IMG/VR virus record: IMGVR_UViG_3300015214_000024
Coordinates: 233,787 to 297,786 of that record
DNA from: a virus
Lineage: Duplodnaviria; Heunggongvirae; Uroviricota; Caudoviricetes
DNA length: 64,000 nucleotides
Strand: one strand, 5' to 3'
This document shows positions 1 through 8,885 of the stretch, piece after piece. The first letter of the stretch is position 1. Each line of letters starts with the position of its first letter. A program made the position numbers and the translations under genes. A model generated the notes under the pieces. It made no database searches, was not told where the DNA came from, and saw only the letters and a program-made list of their open reading frames with translations.

Positions 1-1
1 C

Positions 2-358
2 GGTCTCGATAAAGTCATTGCGCACGGCGCGAAGCCAAGTGTTGGAGGTCAGAGTCAGAGAATTGTGTTTGACGAGCATCCAGATTTGGACTGTATTGTA
101 CATTTCCATTGTCCTACTAAGGAAAATGTTCGTGATTCGCTATCACACGTGGATCAGGCGCCATCAGAATGCGGGTCACACCAATGCGGGTCAAGAACAT
201 CAAAAGGATTAAAGTCTTTTGGGAATCTGGAAGCAGTGATGCTTGATAATCACGGGCCAAATATTGTCTTTTCTAAGGATACCCCAGCTCAAGAAGTTAT
301 TGATTTTATTGAAGCAAACTTTGATCTTGAAGCTAAGACTGGTGGCTTGGTAAGTTAA
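2..358 (+). CDS. 5'-truncated protein, class II aldolase/adducin-like HxH C-terminal domain
   Basis: Open from window start; HPDLDCIVHFHCP and VMLDNHGP resemble class II aldolase metal-binding motifs. Confidence 0.45.
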   Translation, partial: GLDKVIAHGAKPSVGGQSQRIVFDEHPDLDCIVHFHCPTKENVRDSLSHVDQAPSECGSHQCGSRTSKGLKSFGNLEAVMLDNHGPNIVFSKDTPAQEVIDFIEANFDLEAKTGGLVS

Positions 359-1200
359 TTCTTACCAAGCAACTCTTTCCAAGTAATTTGAATTCCGCGT
401 TTTTTGTAAGCCTCGACTGGATTTGAATAAACTCCGGTTGGGGTTTCATTATTTCTAAAATATGTCAACCATTCTCTTGATGTTTTTGAATTTGTTGATT
501 TGAAATATTCTTTAAATTCATCCAATGGCATAATATTTTCCATATAACGTTGTGATAATGCTTCTTGTGCTTTAATTTGGGCCTCCGTTTTTGGCAATCC
601 TTTTCTTTTTAAAGACCATCGCTTTTTAGTTTCTTCGGAATGTTTATAGCCTTTACGCTTTTCGGCAATTTCTTTATATTGCTCGTCAGACAACAATTTT
701 CGTCCCTTTAATGAATTGCTAATTTTTTTCTTTGTTTCTTCGGATATGGTGCGCCCTTTTTGATGTTGTGGGGCCGCCATCTGTGCTTCAGTTTTTGGTT
801 TACCTTTTCGCTGTTGGCTTAATAATTGCTTGGTAGATTCTGAATGAATCATTCCAGCAGTGCTTTCGCCACCATTCGTTAAGTTACTCAATGGCCCTAA
901 ATTTAAATTATATCTTCCAATAACTTTAATGAAATGTATTTCCCACAATTGTGCTTCTTGTTTGGAAAGATTTTCTTTTAATTTAATAATTATCGGTTTC
1001 TGGCCTAAATCTAATATATGTTTAATTTTTCCATTTTTTATAGGATTACAATTAGAATTCAAGCTGTCAGTTTTTAAATGAGCTTGATATCGTTTACCTT
1101 TGCCCATTCCAATATAAAATGGCTCAAAATCAAAATTTTCTCCATTATAAGAAAAATTTCCTGGCTTTCTTGGATCTAAATATGCGTAAACATAAAACAT
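355..1200 (-). mobile_element. Free-standing GIY-YIG-like homing endonuclease with NUMOD3 repeats
   Basis: YVYAYLDP...FYIGMGKGKR, NLTNGGE, repeated HSEETKKKIS motifs; TAAATA upstream. Confidence 0.85.
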
Positions 1201-1263
1201 TTTACTTGACCTTTTTAGGTTATTTAGTTATAAATGCGGTGCAAATACAAATTGGAGATATTA

Positions 1264-1503
1264 ATGTCAGATACTGAAAGTTATTATTCTACCCATAATG
1301 CTGTTTGGAGCGAATCGAAGGGTGAATGGATTGAATATGAAAATTCAAATCCACCATTTCGAACCAAATTTCCAATGTGGCTTATTGTAGGAGCATATGA
1401 GATTTGGATTCTTCCAATTCTTCGCTTCCCTGCCAAGATTGAAGCTGCTATTACTCGAAAGCTTGATCGTATGGATGAAAACCATCAGAATCGAGCCAGG
1501 TAA
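1264..1503 (+). CDS. Hypothetical protein
   Basis: GGAG RBS; sigma70-like promoter at ~1207. Confidence 0.6.
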   Translation: MSDTESYYSTHNAVWSESKGEWIEYENSNPPFRTKFPMWLIVGAYEIWILPILRFPAKIEAAITRKLDRMDENHQNRAR

Positions 1504-1769
1504 TGGTTACGTATCGAATTAAACGCCGCTCGTGCGGTGATTATGAAATTCACCGCAAGGTAGGCTTCTTTTTCTGGAAGCACGATGGTGGCGACCGCAG
1601 GCTAAAATCCGAAGACCGTTCGAGAGGGTTTCGATATTGGTACGACACATATGAACAGGCTAAGAGAGGCCTTGCTGCTCGAGAAGATTTTGACAAGCTT
1701 TCGGCAGCCGAAGGTGGTACTTTGGGTGAAAAGATTTTCTATAAACCTTTCCCTGAAAAGGAAGATTGA
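1503..1769 (+). CDS. Hypothetical protein
   Basis: TAATG stop/start coupling. Confidence 0.6.
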   Translation: MVTYRIKRRSCGDYEIHRKVGFFFWKHDGGDRRLKSEDRSRGFRYWYDTYEQAKRGLAAREDFDKLSAAEGGTLGEKIFYKPFPEKED

Positions 1770-1864
1770 TAGTTGACATAGTTTTGTCCATTTAGTATAA
1801 ATGGAATATTGATAAAAACCATACTGATCCAAACGTTGTAGGTTGTCAACAAAGGAGAAGTAAA

Positions 1865-2182
1865 ATGGTTAGATTATCAAAAGCTGTCCTAGCTCGTCAG
1901 ATCAGGTCAGAAGTTCATTATCCAGATGATGGGGATACCCTCGGAATTATGGTAGAACGCTATGGCCCTGGCGCATATTTGGACATTGTTTACGATTATA
2001 GTGATGTGACTGTTCGTATCATTACAAATCGTGAAGAAACAGACGATGAATATAATGCTAGAATTGAAGCACACCGAGTAGCTTTGCAGGCTGAAACCGA
2101 CAGGAAAAAGAAAGCAAAGGCGAAAAAGGAAGCTGAAGAACGAGCATTGTATGAAAAGTTGAGAGAAAAGTATGGAGAGTGA
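1865..2182 (+). CDS. Hypothetical protein with charged C-terminal helix
   Basis: AAGGAG RBS; TTGACA-N17-TATAAA promoter at 1773. Confidence 0.7.
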   Translation: MVRLSKAVLARQIRSEVHYPDDGDTLGIMVERYGPGAYLDIVYDYSDVTVRIITNREETDDEYNARIEAHRVALQAETDRKKKAKAKKEAEERALYEKLREKYGE

Positions 2183-2203
2183 TCTCCATACTTTCTACTT
2201 TAT

Positions 2204-2270
2204 GCAGTCTTAGTTTAAGATAAAATATTGATTAATCAATGATCTAGGTTCAAATCCTGGCGACTGTACA
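2204..2270 (+). ncRNA. tRNA-like RNA with collapsed anticodon loop
   Basis: Acceptor GCAGTCT/CGACTGT-A; T arm CTAGG-TTCAAAT-CCTGG; anticodon arm ATTGA-TTAA-TCAAT (4-nt loop). Confidence 0.65.
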
Positions 2271-2446
2271 AACAGACCAAAAAGGCGATAAGCCTGCAGG
2301 AAGGCAGAAACTGCGGCCTTGAATATGGAAGATACCTTTTCAGTCTTCTGTATAAAGTAGATCCGGAATATATTTGATATTCTCGGACTGGTATAGCTTT
2401 GTCGTGAAAAGGGGGGCTATACGAAAGACATAGGTTTTGGTTTGTT
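2271..2446 (+). ncRNA. Unidentified multi-stem structured RNA
   Basis: Closing stem AACAGACCAAAA/TTTTGGTTTGTT with several internal hairpins; no ORF. Confidence 0.55.
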
Positions 2447-2449
2447 GAT

Positions 2450-2478
2450 AGGGTGGCATTTGTGCCGCCCTTTCTTAT
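2450..2478 (+). terminator. Intrinsic terminator
   Basis: AGGGTGGCA-tttg-TGCCGCCCT followed by T-rich tract. Confidence 0.7.
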
Positions 2479-2571
2479 TATGATTGACAGGTAAATTGGT
2501 ATCTGCTATATCATAACCAAGCTAACTAAGGTGGTTGGCTGTTCATTATTGTTTTCTTGAAAGGAAAATGA

Positions 2572-3951
2572 ATGTTTAGCACTATGACTTTGGCCATTGG
2601 TGGCATTGTCCTAGCAGCATTTGTAGGTATTCTATTTTTTGCTGCTTTGATTTTCCGCCGCGTGGTCCCAACAAATATGGTACATATCGTTCAGTCGTCT
2701 AAAAAGACTGTTTCATATGGCCGTGGACGTACTGAAGGTAATACGTATTACGAAATTCCTTCTTCGATTCCTTTTTTCGGTGTTACTGTTACTCAGTTCC
2801 CAGAATCAGTTTTCGATATTAACTTGAAAGATTATGATGCTTACGACGTTGATCGTTTGCCATTCCTAGTCGACGTTCGTGCGTTCTTCCGCATTAGCGA
2901 TTCACAGATTGCCGCCCAGCGCGTTTCGAACTTTAATGAGCTTCGTGACCAGCTTTCAGGTGTCCTCCAGGGCGCTATCCGTAACGTTCTTGCACAATAT
3001 ACACTTGATCACATTATGAGCGACCGCGCAACTCTTGGTAAACAGTTCTCTGATGTTGTTGATGGTGGCTTGACTGAATGGGGTGTTTCAACCGTCAAGA
3101 CGATTGAATTTATGGACATTCGTGATGCTCGCGATTCACAGGTTATCCACAATATTATGGCTAAGAAAAAGTCATTTATTGAAATGGAAAGCCGTATTGA
3201 AGTTGCTAACAACAAACAGGCTGCTGAATCAAAAGAAATCGAAGCTCAGCGTCAGATTGCCCTTTCAAAGGCAGAAGCTGAACAGACTGTTGGTATTCGC
3301 GAAGCTGAGCGTGACAAGACTGTTGGTATTGCTAACGAAAAGTCAAACCAGGAAGTTCAGGCTGAAGCAAAGGTGACTACTGAACGCCAGATGGAAGTTC
3401 GCAAGGTTGCCGAAGTTAAGCAAGCTGAAATCAACCGCGATGTTGCTGCCGTTAAGGCAGAACAGGACCAAAAGGTTCAGGTCATTGCTGCTGAGGCTGA
3501 TAAAGAATCACAGATTCAAATCGCCGAAGGTAAGTTGGAAGCTACTAAGAAAGAAGCACAAGGTGTTGAAGCTCTTGGTAACGCTAAGGCCGAGGCTGAA
3601 AAGGCACTGTTGCTTGCACCAGTTAACGCCCAGTTGACTCTTGCTAAGGAAATTGGTGAGAATGAAGGTTACCAGAAATATCTCATCGAGATCCGTAAGG
3701 TTGAAGCTGGTGAAAATGTCGGTAAGGAAATGGCTGGTGCGATGTCACAAGCTGACCTTAAGATCATTGCCAACAGTGGTGATGTACAGGGCGGCATTGG
3801 AAAATTGGCTGATGTGTTTACCCCAGCCGGTGGAACCAGCCTTGCTGGTATGTTGAGCGCATTTGCTCAAACTCCTGAAGGCGCCGCAGTAGTTGAGGGT
3901 ATCACAGCAAAGCTTAATGCCCCTGCTGAAACCGGTAAGAAAGCTAAGTAA
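2572..3951 (+). CDS. SPFH/band-7 flotillin-like membrane protein
   Basis: N-terminal TM helix, band-7 domain, long A/E-rich coiled coil (AEAE repeats). Confidence 0.9.
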   Translation: MFSTMTLAIGGIVLAAFVGILFFAALIFRRVVPTNMVHIVQSSKKTVSYGRGRTEGNTYYEIPSSIPFFGVTVTQFPESVFDINLKDYDAYDVDRLPFLVDVRAFFRISDSQIAAQRVSNFNELRDQLSGVLQGAIRNVLAQYTLDHIMSDRATLGKQFSDVVDGGLTEWGVSTVKTIEFMDIRDARDSQVIHNIMAKKKSFIEMESRIEVANNKQAAESKEIEAQRQIALSKAEAEQTVGIREAERDKTVGIANEKSNQEVQAEAKVTTERQMEVRKVAEVKQAEINRDVAAVKAEQDQKVQVIAAEADKESQIQIAEGKLEATKKEAQGVEALGNAKAEAEKALLLAPVNAQLTLAKEIGENEGYQKYLIEIRKVEAGENVGKEMAGAMSQADLKIIANSGDVQGGIGKLADVFTPAGGTSLAGMLSAFAQTPEGAAVVEGITAKLNAPAETGKKAK

Positions 3952-3974
3952 AGCTTTTAAACCGAAAAAAAAAC

Positions 3975-4010
3975 GAAAAGTGGCGGGGCTTGACCCTGCC
4001 ACTTTTCTAT
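3975..4010 (+). terminator. Intrinsic (possibly bidirectional) terminator
   Basis: GAAAAGTGGCGGGG-cttga-CCCTGCCACTTTTC. Confidence 0.8.
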
Positions 4011-4045
4011 GTTAGTGTCTGAAACACTAACAATAGGAGCGCAGT

Positions 4046-4399
4046 GTGAAATTCATCTTGGAATTCTCTGATTCAGATTTTGAAGAAAAAGGATGGGAAC
4101 GTCCATCAACTGAATTTTCGTTCGACTTGAATCTACCATTTGATTATGATAGTGACGCTTGGTGGGATTGGGATGACAGTGTTCTTCTTGATCAAGTTAG
4201 TGATATGGAAGAGTACGGCGTTCACGATTACACAGCTGGCGGCGATAAAGATGGAAATTGGACTCAATTTGGATATCATTCCTATGAAATCAAGCAAGAT
4301 AAATGGGAAGAAGTAGTTCAAAAATGGCACGAATGGTTTGTTGAGCAAGGTTTTCGGCCTGGTGAAATTACATCGGAAGAAATTAAGGAAGAAGAATAA
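4046..4399 (+). CDS. Acidic hypothetical protein
   Basis: GGAG RBS, GTG start. Confidence 0.65.
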   Translation: MKFILEFSDSDFEEKGWERPSTEFSFDLNLPFDYDSDAWWDWDDSVLLDQVSDMEEYGVHDYTAGGDKDGNWTQFGYHSYEIKQDKWEEVVQKWHEWFVEQGFRPGEITSEEIKEEE

Positions 4400-4815
4400 T
4401 GGAAGTTTTAGTTACTACTGTTGGCGCGGTTCGTGATCACGGCGATACTCTTACTATCGTGACAGTTGGTGAGCACGAAGTTGTCGCTAACAAGAAGGAA
4501 GATGGGACCCCGCGATGGACTGCTGGAGAACTTGTTGTTTATGTCCCAGAAGGGGCCATCATTCCAGATGATGTGCTCAAAGAGCGTGGATATTGGGATG
4601 AAGTAAAGGGTAAGGGCTTGCTTGAAGGCAAGCGTGGAAATCGTGTGAAAATGCGTCGTTTTGCTGGCTTCGAATCTCGCGGTTTATTGTTCAAAGTTCT
4701 TCCATCAGTAGATGCGATTCCGGAAAATCATATTCAGCGTGGCTGTGATTACCAAGGCGTGAACTTGGGTGATAATGTTATGGAATTTCTTGGAATTACG
4801 GAGCATACTGTATGA
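4399..4815 (+). CDS. Stand-alone OB-fold tRNA-binding-like domain resembling the N-terminus of DRB0094-type RNA ligases
   Basis: H-G-D-T-L, GELVVYVPEGAIIP, RVKMRRFAGFESRGLL, GDNVMEFLGITE. Confidence 0.6.
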   Translation: MEVLVTTVGAVRDHGDTLTIVTVGEHEVVANKKEDGTPRWTAGELVVYVPEGAIIPDDVLKERGYWDEVKGKGLLEGKRGNRVKMRRFAGFESRGLLFKVLPSVDAIPENHIQRGCDYQGVNLGDNVMEFLGITEHTV

Positions 4816-5045
4816 TTGAGAAATATACTGATACCGATCTTTACAGCCAGGAATGGCGGCCATCTGACGATCAAATCTTGGCTGCTGCCAGAGTTATAGA
4901 TAGTGACCTTCGTTTCTACGGACTTCTTAGGGAGTATCCTACATACGAAGAAATGCTCATCAGTGATCCAATTGGAGCCAGCGAATGGGGTGGTACGATA
5001 GAACGAATGTTGCTTGCTGCCCACAAGGCCCAAAATGATGATTAA
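4812..5045 (+). CDS. Hypothetical protein
   Basis: GGAG RBS; ATGA overlap. Confidence 0.6.
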   Translation: MIEKYTDTDLYSQEWRPSDDQILAAARVIDSDLRFYGLLREYPTYEEMLISDPIGASEWGGTIERMLLAAHKAQNDD

Positions 5046-5394
5046 CTACGCAGGTATTCGTTCAGTCAAAGCTGGAGAAAAAATCATACCTATAGTTTGG
5101 GTGAAGGATATTGATATTTCGACCATAGAAGAAGGTCATATTACTATATCTACATATGAGGGAGAAATACATAAATCATATGGATTTGATGCTATTGAAA
5201 CCGTTATGGTTTTTAAGCCGAGTGCTCTTGAAGGTCGACGCCTAAAGTGGAAAAAGAATGCTTGGCGTTTTCATAACTTCATAATTCACCCACTTTTAGA
5301 AATCCTTTCAACATTAGGTTTCAAACGCCAAGCGGTGAGATTACACGATTGGGGTACTCCAACGCCTCGTGGATTTAAAGATACTTCTTCTTAA
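5038..5394 (+). CDS. Hypothetical phage protein
   Basis: ORF; W-x-FHN-x-I-x-HP...LHD-x-G-TP motif. Confidence 0.6.
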   Translation: MINYAGIRSVKAGEKIIPIVWVKDIDISTIEEGHITISTYEGEIHKSYGFDAIETVMVFKPSALEGRRLKWKKNAWRFHNFIIHPLLEILSTLGFKRQAVRLHDWGTPTPRGFKDTSS

Positions 5395-6259
5395 TTTCCA
5401 TCCAAGATGTTTTAATTCCTCTTCTTGAATATGCCACTATCGGATTTCGTGGTATGTTGTTAGGAAGTGGATTGTTATTAATATATTCTTGCCATTTTGA
5501 ATAACTATTGACATTGATAGATTTTAGAAAAAATAGAAAATCTTCGAAACTGATATAGTTTTCTCTTAATTTCTCTTTAGTCTCATCTGAAAGTTTTTTA
5601 CCAAGATTGGCCTTTCGTAGTTTTTCTTTAACGCTGTCAGGTCTTGTTCTACCTGTCAATGCTACTCTTATCTTTTCAATAGACTCAGCTGATGGCTTGG
5701 CTCGATTTATTGCTGATCGTCTAAGTATTTCTTTGGTTTTTTCAGAAGCTTTAGATCCTTTTTTAGCCTTACTTATTTTGGCTTTAGCTTCATCAGTATG
5801 ACCTTTGCCCAATCGCGCAGCTTGTATGGATAAAACTTGCTTTTCGCGATAAACTGGATCATTCCACTTGGAAGTTTGTATTTCACTTTTAGTTTTGGCA
5901 ACATTATTTTTAGCGTAGTTCTTCTTATAAGTAGTTTTTTGTTTTTCGATACTACGTTCATCATTATAGAAATTAGTTCTACCGATTTGCTTATTAAGCC
6001 ACTGGTTTGAACTGTGACAATGAAAACACTCTTGAAATTTAATTTCTAAATTTATGATCTGATCAACACCGCCAGCAGCTAAGATTTCAATCACATCTGG
6101 CTCGCCATTAAATGCTCGGAATTCTTTCACATAATGACTTGATGTGAAATATGTTTTCCATAAATTTGATGGATGAGCACTTTTTCCATATTGGCATCCA
6201 ACATACCATTTGTCTATTTTAGACCATCCAATTATGTAAAGATAAGGCAAATTTTCCAT
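5375..6259 (-). mobile_element. Free-standing GIY-YIG-like homing endonuclease with NUMOD3 repeats
   Basis: PYLYIIGW...WYVG...YFTSS...WLNK; HTDEAKAKIS repeats; TATAAATA upstream. Confidence 0.8.
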
Positions 6260-6351
6260 ATTTTAATCAACCATTCTATAGTTTAAATTTATTTATAGAC
6301 TTTTGAAATGATATAAAGTATAGTTAATGGCAATTAACTAAGGACAGAAAT

Positions 6352-6594
6352 ATGGCACATATATATTATTTTAAAGAAAAAAAGAGAAACGAAGATTCTT
6401 ACTCTGCCGGGATTCTTTCTATCCCTAAAGGCCCATATTGCTCCCCTGAATTATTGCCAGTGATTGGTAAAATTTTTCAAGATTCTGATCAAACCTTTTA
6501 TGAAATTGTTGACATAAAATTTAATGCTAAAATGACAAGTCAAATTACGAACTCAATTGATCAAATTTATGATGTGTATTGTGATCAACTTTAA
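6352..6594 (+). CDS. Hypothetical protein
   Basis: AAGGA RBS. Confidence 0.55.
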   Translation: MAHIYYFKEKKRNEDSYSAGILSIPKGPYCSPELLPVIGKIFQDSDQTFYEIVDIKFNAKMTSQITNSIDQIYDVYCDQL

Positions 6595-6599
6595 ATCTT

Positions 6600-6974
6600 A
6601 TGATTGGACCACTCCAGTGCCGAGAGGTTTTAGAGATTAAAAAGATGACAGATTATTCCATATCAAATACTTTTACCTTTTTCGCAAATGGTGAAGCTGA
6701 TATTCTTGAACTGCTTGAAATGGTTAAACGTTATGACGGCCCTGGACATATTGGAAATCAAATTAGAATCATTAATATGATTTACACCATTAATATGTCA
6801 ATTGAGATTGAAAAATATAGAAGAATAGCTGACCAATATCTTGCTTGGAAGGATCTATTAAGTATTTTAAATTCTTGGGAGGAAGCTTGGTTGGCGGTTG
6901 TGACGGCAAATCCAACCAGAGCTAAATTTTGCTGTAATGAAACTGTGATAAATTATACTAAGCTAATTTCTTGA
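6600..6974 (+). CDS. Hypothetical protein
   Basis: ORF in co-directional run; start uncertain. Confidence 0.5.
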   Translation: MIGPLQCREVLEIKKMTDYSISNTFTFFANGEADILELLEMVKRYDGPGHIGNQIRIINMIYTINMSIEIEKYRRIADQYLAWKDLLSILNSWEEAWLAVVTANPTRAKFCCNETVINYTKLIS

Positions 6975-7022
6975 TCAGGACCCTAATTAAATAAGTATAT
7001 AATATAGCAGAGGGAAAGAAAA

Positions 7023-7052
7023 ATGAATTATAGGAATCTTGACATCTTCTAG
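7023..7052 (+). promoter_or_regulatory. Leader peptide MNYRNLDIF-amber overlapping an SD-sequestering hairpin
   Basis: GAGGG RBS; TCTTCTAGT pairs with ACTAGGAGA, which contains the SD of the 7078 gene. Confidence 0.6.
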
Positions 7053-7077
7053 TGATACACAACTAGGAGAATGACAG

Positions 7078-7560
7078 ATGAAATATACGTATCCATTTAC
7101 CGCAATTTTCAAATGCGGTTATACTACCGAAGTGAACAATTCTTCTGAGCTTCGAGCGCTCGTGAAAGAATATGGAGCATTTGGCTATGAATGGATTGAA
7201 ACATCATTTAGCCGAGCATATCGCTATAAGCCTTTTTGTGAAACATATCCAAAGGACTATGTTCCACGTTTCGAATCAGCTCACTATTTCGAATGGATCG
7301 TTCGAGATTTTTATGGTTTAAAAGTCGACTATGCTTTAGTTGAATTTGATGAAAAACCGTACCGAGCTTGGTGGGCTTCCGGTCGATATGAGGAACAGAG
7401 AAAGGCTGCTGAAAGAGGCCTGCCGATTCCATACGTTCGCAGCCGCTGGAGGGCAAACCGCAAATATCCAAAGAATGGCCGCCGCGGCGTCGCGGCAAGA
7501 AACAGCCAGGATAAAAAGATTTTTAATAAAAACAAGAGCCAAAATAATTTCGATGAATGA
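7078..7560 (+). CDS. Hypothetical protein with Arg/Lys-rich C-terminus
   Basis: GGAG RBS; basic tail after GLPIPYV. Confidence 0.7.
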   Translation: MKYTYPFTAIFKCGYTTEVNNSSELRALVKEYGAFGYEWIETSFSRAYRYKPFCETYPKDYVPRFESAHYFEWIVRDFYGLKVDYALVEFDEKPYRAWWASGRYEEQRKAAERGLPIPYVRSRWRANRKYPKNGRRGVAARNSQDKKIFNKNKSQNNFDE

Positions 7561-7704
7561 TTTTGGTTGACAATGAACTAGTCCTTGTACTATAATGATC
7601 CAATAAGGGCTAGTTTAGAGGCGTAAGACACCTCGCTGATGACGCCAATCGAGAAGAACGGCAAACCGGGAGGGACCGGGAGTTTATCAGTAAAACGTTT
7701 GTTT

Positions 7705-7804
7705 AGGTCTTTAGTGTAATGGAAGCACTTTATTAGCAGGCACTTAATTTATTAGGACCTGGTAAGCGGAAATAAGAGTCACGGTTCGATCCCGTGAAGA
7801 CCTG
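7705..7804 (+). ncRNA. tRNA-like RNA with ~36-nt insertion replacing the anticodon loop
   Basis: AGGTCTT/AAGACCT-G acceptor; D arm GTGT-AATGGAA-GCAC; TTATT/AATAA stem; T arm CACGG-TTCGATC-CCGTG. Confidence 0.75.
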
Positions 7805-7806
7805 CA

Positions 7807-7957
7807 AAACCTAGTAGCGTAGGAATGAGATACTTCGATAGGAAAACCTTCGTGTCGCTGGTTCGATTCCAGCTCTCCCCACCAGCTTTTATGGGGAGAT
7901 AGCTCAGACGGTAGAGCAGAGGAAAGAAAAACTTGTTTCGCTTTTATCTCTAGGTTT
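7807..7957 (+). ncRNA. Circularly permuted tRNA-like RNA (Y RNA/YrlA-like)
   Basis: tRNA 3' half incl. ACCA (7847-7884) precedes 5' half (7893-7923); acceptor GGGGAGA/TCTCCCC; closed by AAACCTAG/CTAGGTTT. Confidence 0.75.
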
Positions 7958-7977
7958 CTTTTTTAGGATGTGGGAAG

Positions 7978-8349
7978 ATGGCAATTTCAAAGAGTCACGA
8001 AGAGAATAAACAGCGTTTAGATGAGTTGTCTGATCGACAGCAATATATGAATGAATTCTTTGATGAAATGATGACTTTGATACAACGTCCTTCCAACTTA
8101 CACGTATTGAAGTCTCAGCCATATTTTAATATGATGAAAAAACTTACTTTTATACACGAATTGAGATCTAAAATCTCAAAGCGAGGAAATGAATTAAGTT
8201 TAAAATCTATTCTAACATCGGAAGATTTGGAAGAACTGCATTCTATTAGAATTATAGACTCTGGCCATATTGATTGTATATGGATTTCTATCAGAGAATT
8301 TTTAGCACAAACCAAATTAAAAATCAACATCGACGAACGCCGCACTTGA
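7978..8349 (+). CDS. Hypothetical protein
   Basis: ORF with RBS. Confidence 0.55.
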   Translation: MAISKSHEENKQRLDELSDRQQYMNEFFDEMMTLIQRPSNLHVLKSQPYFNMMKKLTFIHELRSKISKRGNELSLKSILTSEDLEELHSIRIIDSGHIDCIWISIREFLAQTKLKINIDERRT

Positions 8350-8420
8350 TTGTTTAGTTGACACACACTTACAATTAGTGTAAAAGGTGTTGATTTGAAA
8401 ACTTTCAAAGGAGAGAAGTC

Positions 8421-8633
8421 GTGATTGAACAGCTTCCAAAAAATATAGCAAAGGCTCGGAAAGAAGTCACCAATTTTCTAAGCAAGCGATTGTCATTGCA
8501 CGAGCTTGCGTCTTATCACAAATGTACTTCTGAATGGCACCAGCATAAGCCAAACGAATATAACAGCGAATGCCTGAGATTGCTAAATGAATATTGCGCA
8601 GAACGTGGATTTAAAATTGAAAACTTTTATTAA
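8421..8633 (+). CDS. Hypothetical protein
   Basis: AAGGAG RBS; TTGACA promoter at 8358. Confidence 0.6.
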   Translation: MIEQLPKNIAKARKEVTNFLSKRLSLHELASYHKCTSEWHQHKPNEYNSECLRLLNEYCAERGFKIENFY

Positions 8634-8634
8634 T

Positions 8635-8829
8635 ATGATTTATAATCAACAAACTATAATTAGTGAGAAATTTCGAGCTCAAATATCAGTTGATGAATTT
8701 CTTGATAGCCAGCCGTCTATTTTTGAAATTCAAGCATATATTCAAATGGCTCGTAACGACTTAGTAACTAATCCAAATGACATTTATGCAGCTCACGTAA
8801 TTCGTCTATTATCTGGCGATACTGATTGA
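8635..8829 (+). CDS. Hypothetical protein
   Basis: ATG directly after upstream stop. Confidence 0.55.
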   Translation: MIYNQQTIISEKFRAQISVDEFLDSQPSIFEIQAYIQMARNDLVTNPNDIYAAHVIRLLSGDTD

Positions 8830-8885
8830 TTACTAGTTGGCAGTATGCTATAAAGATAGTGACAATACTAATGGAGTATAATTGA

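Noticed and set aside
7636-7670. CTGATGA hammerhead-like core
   Set aside because: No GAAA after the putative stem II (reads GGCAAAC), and CTGATGA pairs with downstream TTATCAG
7807-7957. Two-piece (permuted) alphaproteobacterial tmRNA
   Set aside because: G3-C70 rather than G3-U70, a full D stem, and no tag reading frame
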